Positions 54,402 to 61,962 of a stretch of DNA of 61,962 nt are shown piece by piece. Each line of letters opens with the position of its first letter. The stretch's first letter is position 1. The stretch is taken from positions 1 through 61,962 of the forward strand of contig JAOZGX010000114.1 of assembly GCA_026015185.1 (NCBI GenBank), in the 5' to 3' direction. The notes beneath the pieces were generated by a model. That model was given only the letters and a program-made list of their open reading frames with translations, did no database searches and was not told the DNA's origin. The position numbers and the translations under genes are program-made. Source of the DNA: Candidatus Bathyarchaeota archaeon. Its GTDB lineage: Archaea; Thermoproteota; Bathyarchaeia; 40CM-2-53-6; RBG-13-38-9.

Positions 54402-56366
54402 ATGATAATGAAGCAGACGAGGAAGAAAGCTGGGAAGAAGAGGATTGGGGCGAGGAAGAAAGCTGGGAAGAAGAAGAGTGGTAAACAGCTAATCCTCACA
54501 ATCTATCTGATTTTTTTTAGAATTGTATTTGTCAAGAATTTAGGTTGGTCGCTATTATTGGCTAGAGTTGCAGTTCTAGACAGGGATAAATGTAAACCAG
54601 ACGATTGTAATCTAATATGCTTAAGATTCTGTCCCAAAGTTAAGAATCGAATAGAAGCCATAAAGATAGATGAAGAAACTGAAAAACCTATAATAATAGA
54701 AAATCTTTGTAGTGGATGTGGCATATGTGTCAAGAAATGCCCATTCAACATAATAAAAATAATTAATGTACCAGAGGAAATAGAGAAGGAATGCAGTCAT
54801 AGATATGGTAGGAATTTATTCAAGCTTTATCGATTACCCATTCCAAAAGATAAAACAATACTTGGTTTATTGGGTAAAAATGGGACTGGAAAGACCACTG
54901 CCCTACAACTTCTTTCTGGTGAAATAAAACCAAATTTAGGTAATTTCGAATCTCCTCCTAGTTGGGTAGAAATACAGAAACATTACCGAGGTACAATTCT
55001 TCAAACATATTTTGGAAAATTATCAAAAGGACAGATAAAGATCGCTCATAAACCTCAGTATATTGATAAAATACCAAAAGTTGTAAGTGGAAAAATAGCT
55101 GATATTTTAGGTAATATAGACGATCGTAGGATATTGAAGAACCTACTAACAACTTTAGAATTAACAAAAATAAAAAATCGCAATATTGACAAATTGAGTG
55201 GAGGCGAACTTCAAAGGGTAGCAATCGCAGCCACTTTATGTCGTGATGCGGACATCTATATTTTTGATGAACCCTCTAGCCATTTGGATATCAGTCAAAG
55301 AATAAACGTAGCAAAAACGATTAGAACATTAGCTGAGGATGGGAAATCTGTTTTAGTTGCTGAACATGACCTTGCTATGTTAGATTATTTATCGGATCAA
55401 ATTTGTTTAATATATGGGGAAGCAGGGGCATATGGCATCGTCTCTCATTCTCATGGCGTCAGGGTTGGAATTAATATATATCTTAATGGATTCATCCCAG
55501 ATGAAAACATGAGATTTAGAGAAGAATCAATAAAATTTCATATAAGACCACCTAGAGAATTCGATGAAATAGATAGCGGAAGTAGGATTTCTTACCCTAA
55601 TTTGTTAAAGAGTTATGAGTCATTTAAATTAAAAGTAACCGAAGGTGAAATCACACCTGGAGAAATTATGGGGATTCTAGGACCAAATGGAATAGGAAAG
55701 ACCACCTTTATTAAATTACTGGCTGGAATTGAGGATCCTGATAACGATGTTGAATCCCCTTTCAAAAATATCTCACTGAGTTACAAGCCTCAATATATAT
55801 ACACAGAATACAAAGGCACAGTCAATTCCTTATTAAAAGAATCTACTGAAGGAAGTTATGATACTGAATTTTTTGAAAATTCGATTATAAGACCATTAAA
55901 ACTATTTAATTTCTTAGATAGAGAGGTGTCAAGTCTAAGCGGGGGGGAGCTCCAAAAAGTCGCTATAGCAACTTGTTTAGGAAAGAAAGCAGAAGTCTAT
56001 TTCATTGATGAACCGAGTGCATATTTGGATGTTGAAGAGAGACTCGCTGTAGCAAGAGCTCTTAGAAAAATAGTTGAAGATAGGGAGGCATATGCTCTTA
56101 TAGTTGAACATGACATTGCGATACAAGACTTCATGGCTGATAGACTTTTAGTCTTTAAAGGATCTCCAGGAATACAAGGTATAGCCGGAAGTCCTATTGA
56201 TCTTCGAAATGGGATGAATGAGTTTCTCGGTTTTATGGAAGTTACATTTCGTAGAGATAAAGAAACTGGAAGGCCGAGAGTAAATAAAAATGGAAGTAAA
56301 ATGGACAGAAAACAGAAGGATTTAGGTGAATACTATTATGTTCCTAAGGAAACTGAAAAAGAATGA
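54402..56366 (+). CDS. ABCE1 / RNase L inhibitor-type ribosome recycling ATPase
   Basis: N-terminal 2x[4Fe-4S] domain (CKPDDC..C...CP; CSGCGICVKKCP) and two ABC cassettes (GKNGTGKT/LSGGELQR, GPNGIGKT/LSGGELQK). The real start is probably TTG 54558 (ARVAVLDRDKC...). The K-rich upstream extension looks like an artefact. Confidence 0.9.
   Translation: MIMKQTRKKAGKKRIGARKKAGKKKSGKQLILTIYLIFFRIVFVKNLGWSLLLARVAVLDRDKCKPDDCNLICLRFCPKVKNRIEAIKIDEETEKPIIIENLCSGCGICVKKCPFNIIKIINVPEEIEKECSHRYGRNLFKLYRLPIPKDKTILGLLGKNGTGKTTALQLLSGEIKPNLGNFESPPSWVEIQKHYRGTILQTYFGKLSKGQIKIAHKPQYIDKIPKVVSGKIADILGNIDDRRILKNLLTTLELTKIKNRNIDKLSGGELQRVAIAATLCRDADIYIFDEPSSHLDISQRINVAKTIRTLAEDGKSVLVAEHDLAMLDYLSDQICLIYGEAGAYGIVSHSHGVRVGINIYLNGFIPDENMRFREESIKFHIRPPREFDEIDSGSRISYPNLLKSYESFKLKVTEGEITPGEIMGILGPNGIGKTTFIKLLAGIEDPDNDVESPFKNISLSYKPQYIYTEYKGTVNSLLKESTEGSYDTEFFENSIIRPLKLFNFLDREVSSLSGGELQKVAIATCLGKKAEVYFIDEPSAYLDVEERLAVARALRKIVEDREAYALIVEHDIAIQDFMADRLLVFKGSPGIQGIAGSPIDLRNGMNEFLGFMEVTFRRDKETGRPRVNKNGSKMDRKQKDLGEYYYVPKETEKE
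54418..54474. repeat. 24-nt exact direct repeat with 33-nt period
   Basis: CGAGGAAGAAAGCTGGGAAGAAGA at 54418-54441 and 54451-54474. Confidence 0.9.
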
Positions 56367-56502
56367 GTTCATTAAGTTCAATTTTATCTATTTTCAATTT
56401 TTGAAATAAGGGGGCAGCAAACGGTTTCATAATAATACTTCCATTAAGTTTAATTAATTTCATTTGTTCTCTTTCTTAGTTCAAAATATATTGAGGTAGT
56501 GT

Positions 56503-56721
56503 GTGTACAGGTTGCCCTATTATTGTCTTGAATGTGGTGGAGAACTCGTTTATGATAAATCTTTAAAGCAATATACATGCAAAAGTTGCGGGCTCACTTT
56601 TACATTTCAACAATTATTGGAGGATAAAGGTAGAGCTTTTAATAGAGATTCAAGCGAGGAAGATGCAAGGAAGAGAAAACAGAAAGAATACTTGAAATGG
56701 TGGCTGTCTAAGAAAACATAA
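56503..56721 (+). CDS. Zinc-ribbon protein with basic C-terminal tail
   Basis: CLECGG...CKSCG ribbon, 72 aa. GTG start. Confidence 0.5.
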   Translation: MYRLPYYCLECGGELVYDKSLKQYTCKSCGLTFTFQQLLEDKGRAFNRDSSEEDARKRKQKEYLKWWLSKKT

Positions 56722-56788
56722 TCATTACAAATTGATAAGGAAAATCTAACAAATTAATGAAAAGCTTAAGGCTTTCGACTGAATATCC

Positions 56789-57562
56789 GTGTATATCGCC
56801 TTGTATATTATACTTTTTATTGGGACCGCTGGATCTGGCAAATCATATTTAACTGCTAGTTTTGGTGAATGGTTAAAATTAAAGAAGCAAAGTGTTAATT
56901 TTGTAAATCTGGACCCTGGTGTAATATCATTACCATATAATCCTGATATCGATGCAAGAAATTATGTAAACATATACTCATTAATGGAAGAATTCAAATT
57001 AGGTCCGAATGGAGCTTTACTAATGGCGGCTGATCTGATTGCAGATCACGCGGAAGAGATCAAAGAAAGTATATATGATATGGGGGCCGATATTATCTTG
57101 GTTGACACCCCAGGTCAAATAGAATTATTCGCTTTTAGAGAAAGTGGCCCGTACATTACTGGAGCTATAGCAGAATGCCCAAAAGCAACAGTCTTTTTAT
57201 TTGATGCTCCTTTCTGTAAGAATCCTCTGAACTATGTCTCGAATGTTTATCTTTCCATAGCAGCGTATACTAGATTAATTCAACCACAGGTTTGTGCCTT
57301 AACAAAAGTAGATTTAATATCGAAGCCAGAACTAGAAAATGTTCTTTTGTGGCAAGAGGATTTAGATAAATTGAGTGAATCATTGAGGACAGGGGGAAAA
57401 ATAGAACAATCTCTGATAAGCGAAGGTCTTATTAGAGCTATAACTGAGACAGGTCTGAATATTCAGCCCATTCCCGTATCATCAAAATTATCTTCAGGAA
57501 TGGATGAGTTGAATGCAGAGTTAACTAGGATTTTAAGTGGAGGAGAGGAAGAAAGACCTTAG
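56789..57562 (+). CDS. GPN-loop GTPase
   Basis: GTAGSGKS P-loop, LGPNGA GPN motif, DTPGQIE, TKVDL. Confidence 0.85.
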   Translation: MYIALYIILFIGTAGSGKSYLTASFGEWLKLKKQSVNFVNLDPGVISLPYNPDIDARNYVNIYSLMEEFKLGPNGALLMAADLIADHAEEIKESIYDMGADIILVDTPGQIELFAFRESGPYITGAIAECPKATVFLFDAPFCKNPLNYVSNVYLSIAAYTRLIQPQVCALTKVDLISKPELENVLLWQEDLDKLSESLRTGGKIEQSLISEGLIRAITETGLNIQPIPVSSKLSSGMDELNAELTRILSGGEEERP

Positions 57563-57685
57563 AATTGAGCTTTCTTCGACAAGTTTTAAATCTGAGAATC
57601 TAATGGTAATTACTCTAAAAGTGCGCTTAAATTGCACCTGAAATTGAATTATCAGGGCTATCAAAGTAAAAAGAGGAAATAAGAA

Positions 57686-58390
57686 ATGAGTGATGAAACT
57701 AATGAGATAATAAATAATGCTTTGAAAGAGGGCAGGGTAAATCTATTAGAACCTGAAGCAAAAACTATTTGCGCCCAATATGACATAACGACTCCAGAGT
57801 TCGATGTAGCATCTAATGCTGAAGAAGCAGTAGAATCTGCAAAAAAAATTGGATATCCTGTTGTAATGAAAATAGTCTCTCAAGACATACTCCATAAAAC
57901 TGATGCTGGCGGGGTAAAAGTGGGCTTAGAGAACGATGCTGAAATAAAAAACGGATTCGAAGAAATACTTCAAAATGCAAAAAAATACAAAAAAGATGCC
58001 AAAATAATCGGCGTACTTATACAGAAAATGGCACCATCCTCAACTGAGGTTATAGTCGGAGCTTTAAAAGATCCACAATTTGGGCAAACATTAATGTTCG
58101 GAATTGGGGGAATTTTTGTAGAAGTACTTAAAGACGTTACATTTCGGATAGCCCCAATTGTTGAAAAAGATGCCAAAGAAATGATTAAAGAAATCAAAGC
58201 TTATCCAATCCTCAAAGGCTATCGTAATACCCCACCAGCGGACGAAGGCGCTATTGTAAATATCCTATTGAATGTTTCAAAACTCATTATGGAACATCCA
58301 GAGATTAATCAAATGGATCTAAATCCAATTATGGTTTATGAAAATGGTGCAAGCGTCGTAGATGCTAGAATAATTCTTGAAAAGCCATGA
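57686..58390 (+). CDS. ATP-grasp protein, acetate-CoA ligase (ADP-forming) beta-subunit-like
   Basis: GYPVVMKIVS..ILHKTDAGGVKVGL and DLNPI motifs, about 234 aa. Confidence 0.7.
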   Translation: MSDETNEIINNALKEGRVNLLEPEAKTICAQYDITTPEFDVASNAEEAVESAKKIGYPVVMKIVSQDILHKTDAGGVKVGLENDAEIKNGFEEILQNAKKYKKDAKIIGVLIQKMAPSSTEVIVGALKDPQFGQTLMFGIGGIFVEVLKDVTFRIAPIVEKDAKEMIKEIKAYPILKGYRNTPPADEGAIVNILLNVSKLIMEHPEINQMDLNPIMVYENGASVVDARIILEKP

Positions 58391-58445
58391 ATTAAAATTT
58401 GAAACTGCCATCCATGATTTGTGATTATAGTAGCTTGAAGACTAC

Positions 58446-58730
58446 ATGATTAGTATTAATGTCAAATTCTTTGGTGTATTAAGGAATTATATAAAAAGAG
58501 GGAATTCAAGAATTTCCTTAGATGAACCTGCTAATGTAGAAACATTAATTATTAAATTGTCTAGGCAATCGAGTCAATTCAAAGAACTTATCGGAATTGA
58601 AACAAAAGAACTAAGCTCCAATATCATTGTAATAGTGAACGGAAAAGAGGTCAGCATTCTTAATGGCATTCAAACGAATTTACATGATGGCGATAATATA
58701 ATCTTAATACCTGCAGTTCATGGTGGCTAG
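58446..58730 (+). CDS. MoaD/ThiS-family ubiquitin-like protein ending in GG
   Basis: 94 aa beta-grasp pattern (VKFFG.LR......, VNG..V......L.DGD.I.L.PAVHGG*). Confidence 0.75.
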   Translation: MISINVKFFGVLRNYIKRGNSRISLDEPANVETLIIKLSRQSSQFKELIGIETKELSSNIIVIVNGKEVSILNGIQTNLHDGDNIILIPAVHGG

Positions 58731-58760
58731 AGATTTATTTTTATGGTAATCAGGAAACGA

Positions 58761-58955
58761 TTATAGTTCTATTTTTTCGCACTTAATCTTATTCAAAACA
58801 TCATCAGATTTTTTTGCATCTAATTTCAAAGTGTATAATTCTTTTGGGGTTCTTAGCTTCAGTTTGATAAATTTTTCGGACCTTTTAATACGGCATTCTA
58901 TAGCGTTATTCGATAATAGAATAAATCCTTTGACGTCTGTTATTTGCTTCGGCAT
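58761..58955 (-). CDS. Ribosomal protein eL38
   Basis: MPKQITDVKGFILL...KFIKLKLRT.KELYTLKL parallels eukaryotic L38 (MPRKIEEIKDFLL...KFKVRCSRYLYTLVI). Confidence 0.7.
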   Translation of the reverse strand: MPKQITDVKGFILLSNNAIECRIKRSEKFIKLKLRTPKELYTLKLDAKKSDDVLNKIKCEKIEL

Positions 58956-59004
58956 AAAAAGACCTTAAGTATTATTTATTAAATAATTAAAAAAAAATGG
59001 TTGG

Positions 59005-60609
59005 TTAGACGATAGCTGTTGGATAGAATTTCATGTAGGCTCTCCAAGCCTCTATTTGCTTCTCCCTTCCTATCCTGTCGGTGATTTCATCCCACTCTTC
59101 TGCAATTCTCTCCATACTCTCAGTCGCATCCATGGTTCCTTGCATTGCTGCGTGTACGTTTCTGCTTAATGTGGTTGCATATTCGTTGCCCCCTCTAATT
59201 CCGCTTCCTACTACCGGAACTGCAATACTAGCGTTTTTCAAAAATGGTGGAATGATAGCTCCCCTAGCCTCAAGTACTCTTGGATCTGCTGATTCTCCCG
59301 CATGATTATATCTACAGGGATCCATCCATGACCCTTTAGCACTAACTGCAACTGTTGACTTTTCTGGGCTTGTTAGCCACATGCAATACAGGGCTGCAAA
59401 ATCTTTCATCTTTGAGTAGTTGCTAACATTGAGGCTCCAACCCGGTCCTTGAACAGTCCTTTTATGGATTATTTCTTTACCAGCCGGTCCCGTTACTTTT
59501 GAACCTGGAACAGTGGCGGCTGTCCAATTGCCTACTATTTTTGACCTTTCAGGATCGTTCAATAAATTGGACATAGATGGGAACTCTATCGACTCGAATA
59601 TTATTCCCTCTCCCATAGTTGCATATACTACGGCAAATTCCCAGTTCAAAACGTCTTGAGGCATATATTTGGTTGCTTCGATAAATTCCTCTGTAGCCTT
59701 TATTCCTTCATCACTGTTTATTAGTGGATTCATATCCCCATCAAAAGGCAACATGGTGGGGTATCTCTTAGACGAGTAATAAACGTGCCAAACAAGATAG
59801 GCTCTTGTGGGATTTCTGAGTTCAACGATACCAAATCTACCTTCATCAGGTCTTGTGAAATACTCTCCTAGATCTAAGTATTCTTCGAAAGTATCTGCAA
59901 TTTTCAATGGATATCCGTATTGTTTTTCGAAACCTTCCTGCTCCGAGGAGTCGTTAAGCATTTGAGTATTTATATAATTAGTCCACACATCTCCATCTTG
60001 GACGATTCCGTATATTTTACCCTGGTACTCAGCCATTGTGTGATCGAGAGGATATATGTAGCCATCAGGCATTCCATAGAAACGATTGTCGAACCATTTA
60101 ACATAATCATCTAATGGTACAATCAGACCAGATTCAGCCAAATCTCCAAATGTATGTGGCATTTGAGAAAATACATCATATTCACCTGTTTTACTTACGG
60201 CCTCCAACATCACTTTCTCGAATATTTCACCTATTGGAGCTTCAGCGTGAGTCAATTTAACTCCCGTCTCTCTTTCGAATTCCTCCTTATTTGAATCATA
60301 AGCCACTGATCCTCCTCCAGGATGCATAATTACAAATTCTTTTCCCTTTAAACCATCTCTCTCAGCAACATACTTCATAGCATTCATTAGTCTTTCGTGA
60401 GCTTCTTTGCCTTCAACTGGTATTGAAAATACTCCTCCAGGTTCCCCTTCTCCCGTTGTAATTGTTACGGTCTTCTCGGCTGCAGATGGATTGATTGCTG
60501 GATATGCGCCATAACCAACTCCTGCACCAACTGCTAATCCAACAACTGCTGTACCTATAGATTTCAAGAAGCTTCTTCTTGAAACTTCATTTTTTTCTTT
60601 TTTTGGCAT
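59005..60609 (-). CDS. Tat-signal extracellular solute-binding protein, paralog B
   Basis: SRRSFLK signal. Collinear with 18188..19804 along the whole length. Confidence 0.8.
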   Translation of the reverse strand: MPKKEKNEVSRRSFLKSIGTAVVGLAVGAGVGYGAYPAINPSAAEKTVTITTGEGEPGGVFSIPVEGKEAHERLMNAMKYVAERDGLKGKEFVIMHPGGGSVAYDSNKEEFERETGVKLTHAEAPIGEIFEKVMLEAVSKTGEYDVFSQMPHTFGDLAESGLIVPLDDYVKWFDNRFYGMPDGYIYPLDHTMAEYQGKIYGIVQDGDVWTNYINTQMLNDSSEQEGFEKQYGYPLKIADTFEEYLDLGEYFTRPDEGRFGIVELRNPTRAYLVWHVYYSSKRYPTMLPFDGDMNPLINSDEGIKATEEFIEATKYMPQDVLNWEFAVVYATMGEGIIFESIEFPSMSNLLNDPERSKIVGNWTAATVPGSKVTGPAGKEIIHKRTVQGPGWSLNVSNYSKMKDFAALYCMWLTSPEKSTVAVSAKGSWMDPCRYNHAGESADPRVLEARGAIIPPFLKNASIAVPVVGSGIRGGNEYATTLSRNVHAAMQGTMDATESMERIAEEWDEITDRIGREKQIEAWRAYMKFYPTAIV

Positions 60610-60821
60610 TAGTCATCAACCGTTAAACCTATTGTCAATAAAAATATAGCATTTTTACTAATATATTAAATCGATTTTCATTATTTATATTATGTCATTT
60701 ATACAGAGTAAAATATAACACGTCGACCGAAAGTATTCATTGCACGAAACATAGATTGATTAGTGCATACATCGATTATGGCAAGAGTTAAGTTCTGTAT
60801 TAGAGTTCAAATTTGGGTGCT

Positions 60822-60845
60822 CGCACCAAGGTACCCGACGACGAC
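60822..60845 (+). repeat. Copy of the tRNA-Leu 3' end plus trailer
   Basis: CGCACCAAGGTACCCGACGACGAC is 23/24 identical to the reverse complement of 23776-23799 (CGCACCAAGATACCCGACGACGAC). Confidence 0.85.
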
Positions 60846-60865
60846 GAAAACCAAGAAAACGGTGC

Positions 60866-60891
60866 TGTTAACTATCGGGTGATAGACGCAT
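60866..60891 (+). repeat. Solo copy of the inner TIR block
   Basis: TGTTAACTATCGGGTGATAGACGCAT compared with 52140-52169 TGTTAACTTTCGAGTGATGGTAACGCGCAT. About 22 matched positions with two 2-nt gaps. Confidence 0.6.
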
Positions 60892-60934
60892 ACTATTGAG
60901 TAAAAAAAGGGATCAAGCTAAAGTTCATTATTTG

Positions 60935-61564
60935 TTAAAGCTTATTCCTTTTCTTGATCATTACAGTCGCTGTTATAGCTACAATCAGGGCCACTAAAGC
61001 AATATGTGGCGCTACTACGGAAAGTCGGCTCGCGGGTATTGAATAACCGCCAACTGCATAGCGAGTCGCAGGAGAATATTGGATAACAGTGGGCTCTTCA
61101 TATTCAAGGGTATATTCGTAAGTATAAATTCCAACAAAGGTTTCGTCCCTATCAAATCTTATAACCGATGCTCCTTGGCCTTCACAGTGAATAGTTAAAG
61201 TTGCAAAGGTAGCACCACCCCATTCATCATCACATCCTACATAAAGCTCAAACCTACCTCCATCAGGGCTAAGGTCGGCATCACCGTCACAGTCACCATC
61301 TAAATATAATGTATAATCTACGATTTTCATATAATTGGTATCTACCACTACCACTAAGTCACACCAGTTAAATTCATCATCGGAATCAATAAGATCTATT
61401 TCTAAATCTACTTGGAATTTTGTACAAACTTGAACTTGAGGGGGGGCTCCATAAATTTCGACCGTACACTCTGCTCCATTTTGAGCATTCACGCTGGGAA
61501 AGGATAGCCCTAGAATACAAAGCGCTACCAAAAATATCGGAAGTATATATCTAAATTTCTTCAT
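60935..61564 (-). CDS. Secreted surface protein with VGG...PH-TM-basic C-terminus
   Basis: Signal peptide, Cys/Asp-rich ectodomain, C-terminus AVGGYSIPASRLSVVAPHIALVALIVAITATVMIKKRNKL. Confidence 0.55.
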   Translation of the reverse strand: MKKFRYILPIFLVALCILGLSFPSVNAQNGAECTVEIYGAPPQVQVCTKFQVDLEIDLIDSDDEFNWCDLVVVVDTNYMKIVDYTLYLDGDCDGDADLSPDGGRFELYVGCDDEWGGATFATLTIHCEGQGASVIRFDRDETFVGIYTYEYTLEYEEPTVIQYSPATRYAVGGYSIPASRLSVVAPHIALVALIVAITATVMIKKRNKL

Positions 61565-61716
61565 TATTATCGGCTAAATAATTATTCAAAATCTTTCCCA
61601 TATTAAAAACTTATTATCATCAATAGTGATAGCTCTACTCTTTTATTTATGGTTGCTCGAATTTTGTATCAGCGTAATCCAATTATTTTTTTATCGCTTT
61701 AGATAATTACCATTTG

Positions 61717-61750
61717 TGTGTGTGTGCGCACCAAGGTACCCACACACACA
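61717..61750 (+). repeat. (TG)n/(CA)n hairpin presenting the CGCACCAAGGTACC core in its loop
   Basis: TGTGTGTGTG (61717-61726) pairs with CACACACACA (61741-61750). The core CGCACCAAGGTACCC at 61727-61741 is identical to 60822-60836. Confidence 0.8.
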
Positions 61751-61790
61751 ATCTAATAAATCAAGCCCTCCAATCCTAGCCATATAATTT

Positions 61791-61962
61791 CTAATCGGAC
61801 TGTCTTTTGCGTTTAATCCTCATAGCTAGGATAGATGATATTGCTCCAAATAATCCTATCAAAACAAAGTAAGGTATTAGAATAGTAAGTTCATTTATCG
61901 GAATTAGAGTTCCTCCTACAATTGAAGAGGTTAGAGGTGGAAATCTACTGACTGCTGGATCT
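61791..61962 (-). CDS. C-terminal fragment of a third surface protein with the same C-terminal signal (5' end outside window)
   Basis: Hand-translated: ...PPLTSSIVGGTLIPINELTILIPYFVLIGLFGAISSILAMRIKRKRQSD*. Confidence 0.45.
   Translation of the reverse strand, partial: DPAVSRFPPLTSSIVGGTLIPINELTILIPYFVLIGLFGAISSILAMRIKRKRQSD

Noticed and set aside
54402-54557. Lys-rich and hydrophobic N-terminal extension of ABCE1 suggested by the ORF track
   Set aside because: The ABCE1 Fe-S domain starts at ARVAVLDRDKCKP, with an in-frame TTG at 54558. The extension is the alternative reading of a GA-rich tandem repeat and has no counterpart in ABCE1 proteins.
60781-60830. A complete or split tRNA gene ending at the CGCACCA of the 60822 repeat (GTTCAAAT T-loop-like sequence upstream)
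   Set aside because: No complementary acceptor 5' strand (GCGAGCA) or pairable T-stem can be found upstream. It is better read as a partial or degenerate copy of a tRNA 3' region.
1-61962. CRISPR arrays, rRNA genes, integrase or transposase genes
   Set aside because: I looked for regularly spaced direct repeats, rRNA-like G+C-rich blocks and recombinase motifs (R..HxxR..Y, DDE, serine-recombinase). None was found. The only structured-RNA-like G+C islands are the SRP RNA and the three tRNAs.

Overview
AT-rich archaeal chromosomal segment. No rRNA genes or CRISPR arrays are visible. Lineage markers point to a TACK/Thermoproteota archaeon with thaumarchaeal-type features: eukaryote-like topoisomerase IB, parvulin PinA, ribosomal protein eL38, crenactin, S7-EF1alpha-S10 without EF-2, and tRNA genes carrying 2-3 introns each. 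This placement is inference from gene content only.

Most of the window is housekeeping:
- 2-oxoacid:ferredoxin oxidoreductase.
- The AMP phosphorylase / form III RuBisCO / ribose-1,5-bisphosphate isomerase trio.
- Translation genes and SRP RNA.
- TatA/TatC.
- A nearly complete archaeal-type (ADH synthase / DHQ synthase II) shikimate cluster joined to asd and aspartate kinase.
- ABCE1, a GPN-loop GTPase and a GG-terminated ubiquitin-like protein.

The parts worth a second look:
1. A five-gene, translationally coupled crenactin operon whose accessory genes I cannot assign to any family.
2. A 1.49 kb two-gene cassette with about 62 bp terminal inverted repeats and a flanking direct duplication, and no transposase.
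3. A family of GC-rich sequence modules sitting at the borders of accessory genes: TAGCGCGCGC, CGCACCAAGRTACCC-GACGACGAC (derived from the tRNA-Leu 3' end and trailer), and TGTTAACTTTCGAGTGATG.
4. Three surface proteins sharing a VGG...P[YH]-TM-basic C-terminal signal.
5. A Tat-exported M23 peptidase next to tRNA-Met.

All calls come from reading the sequence and the ORF translations. No database search was run.
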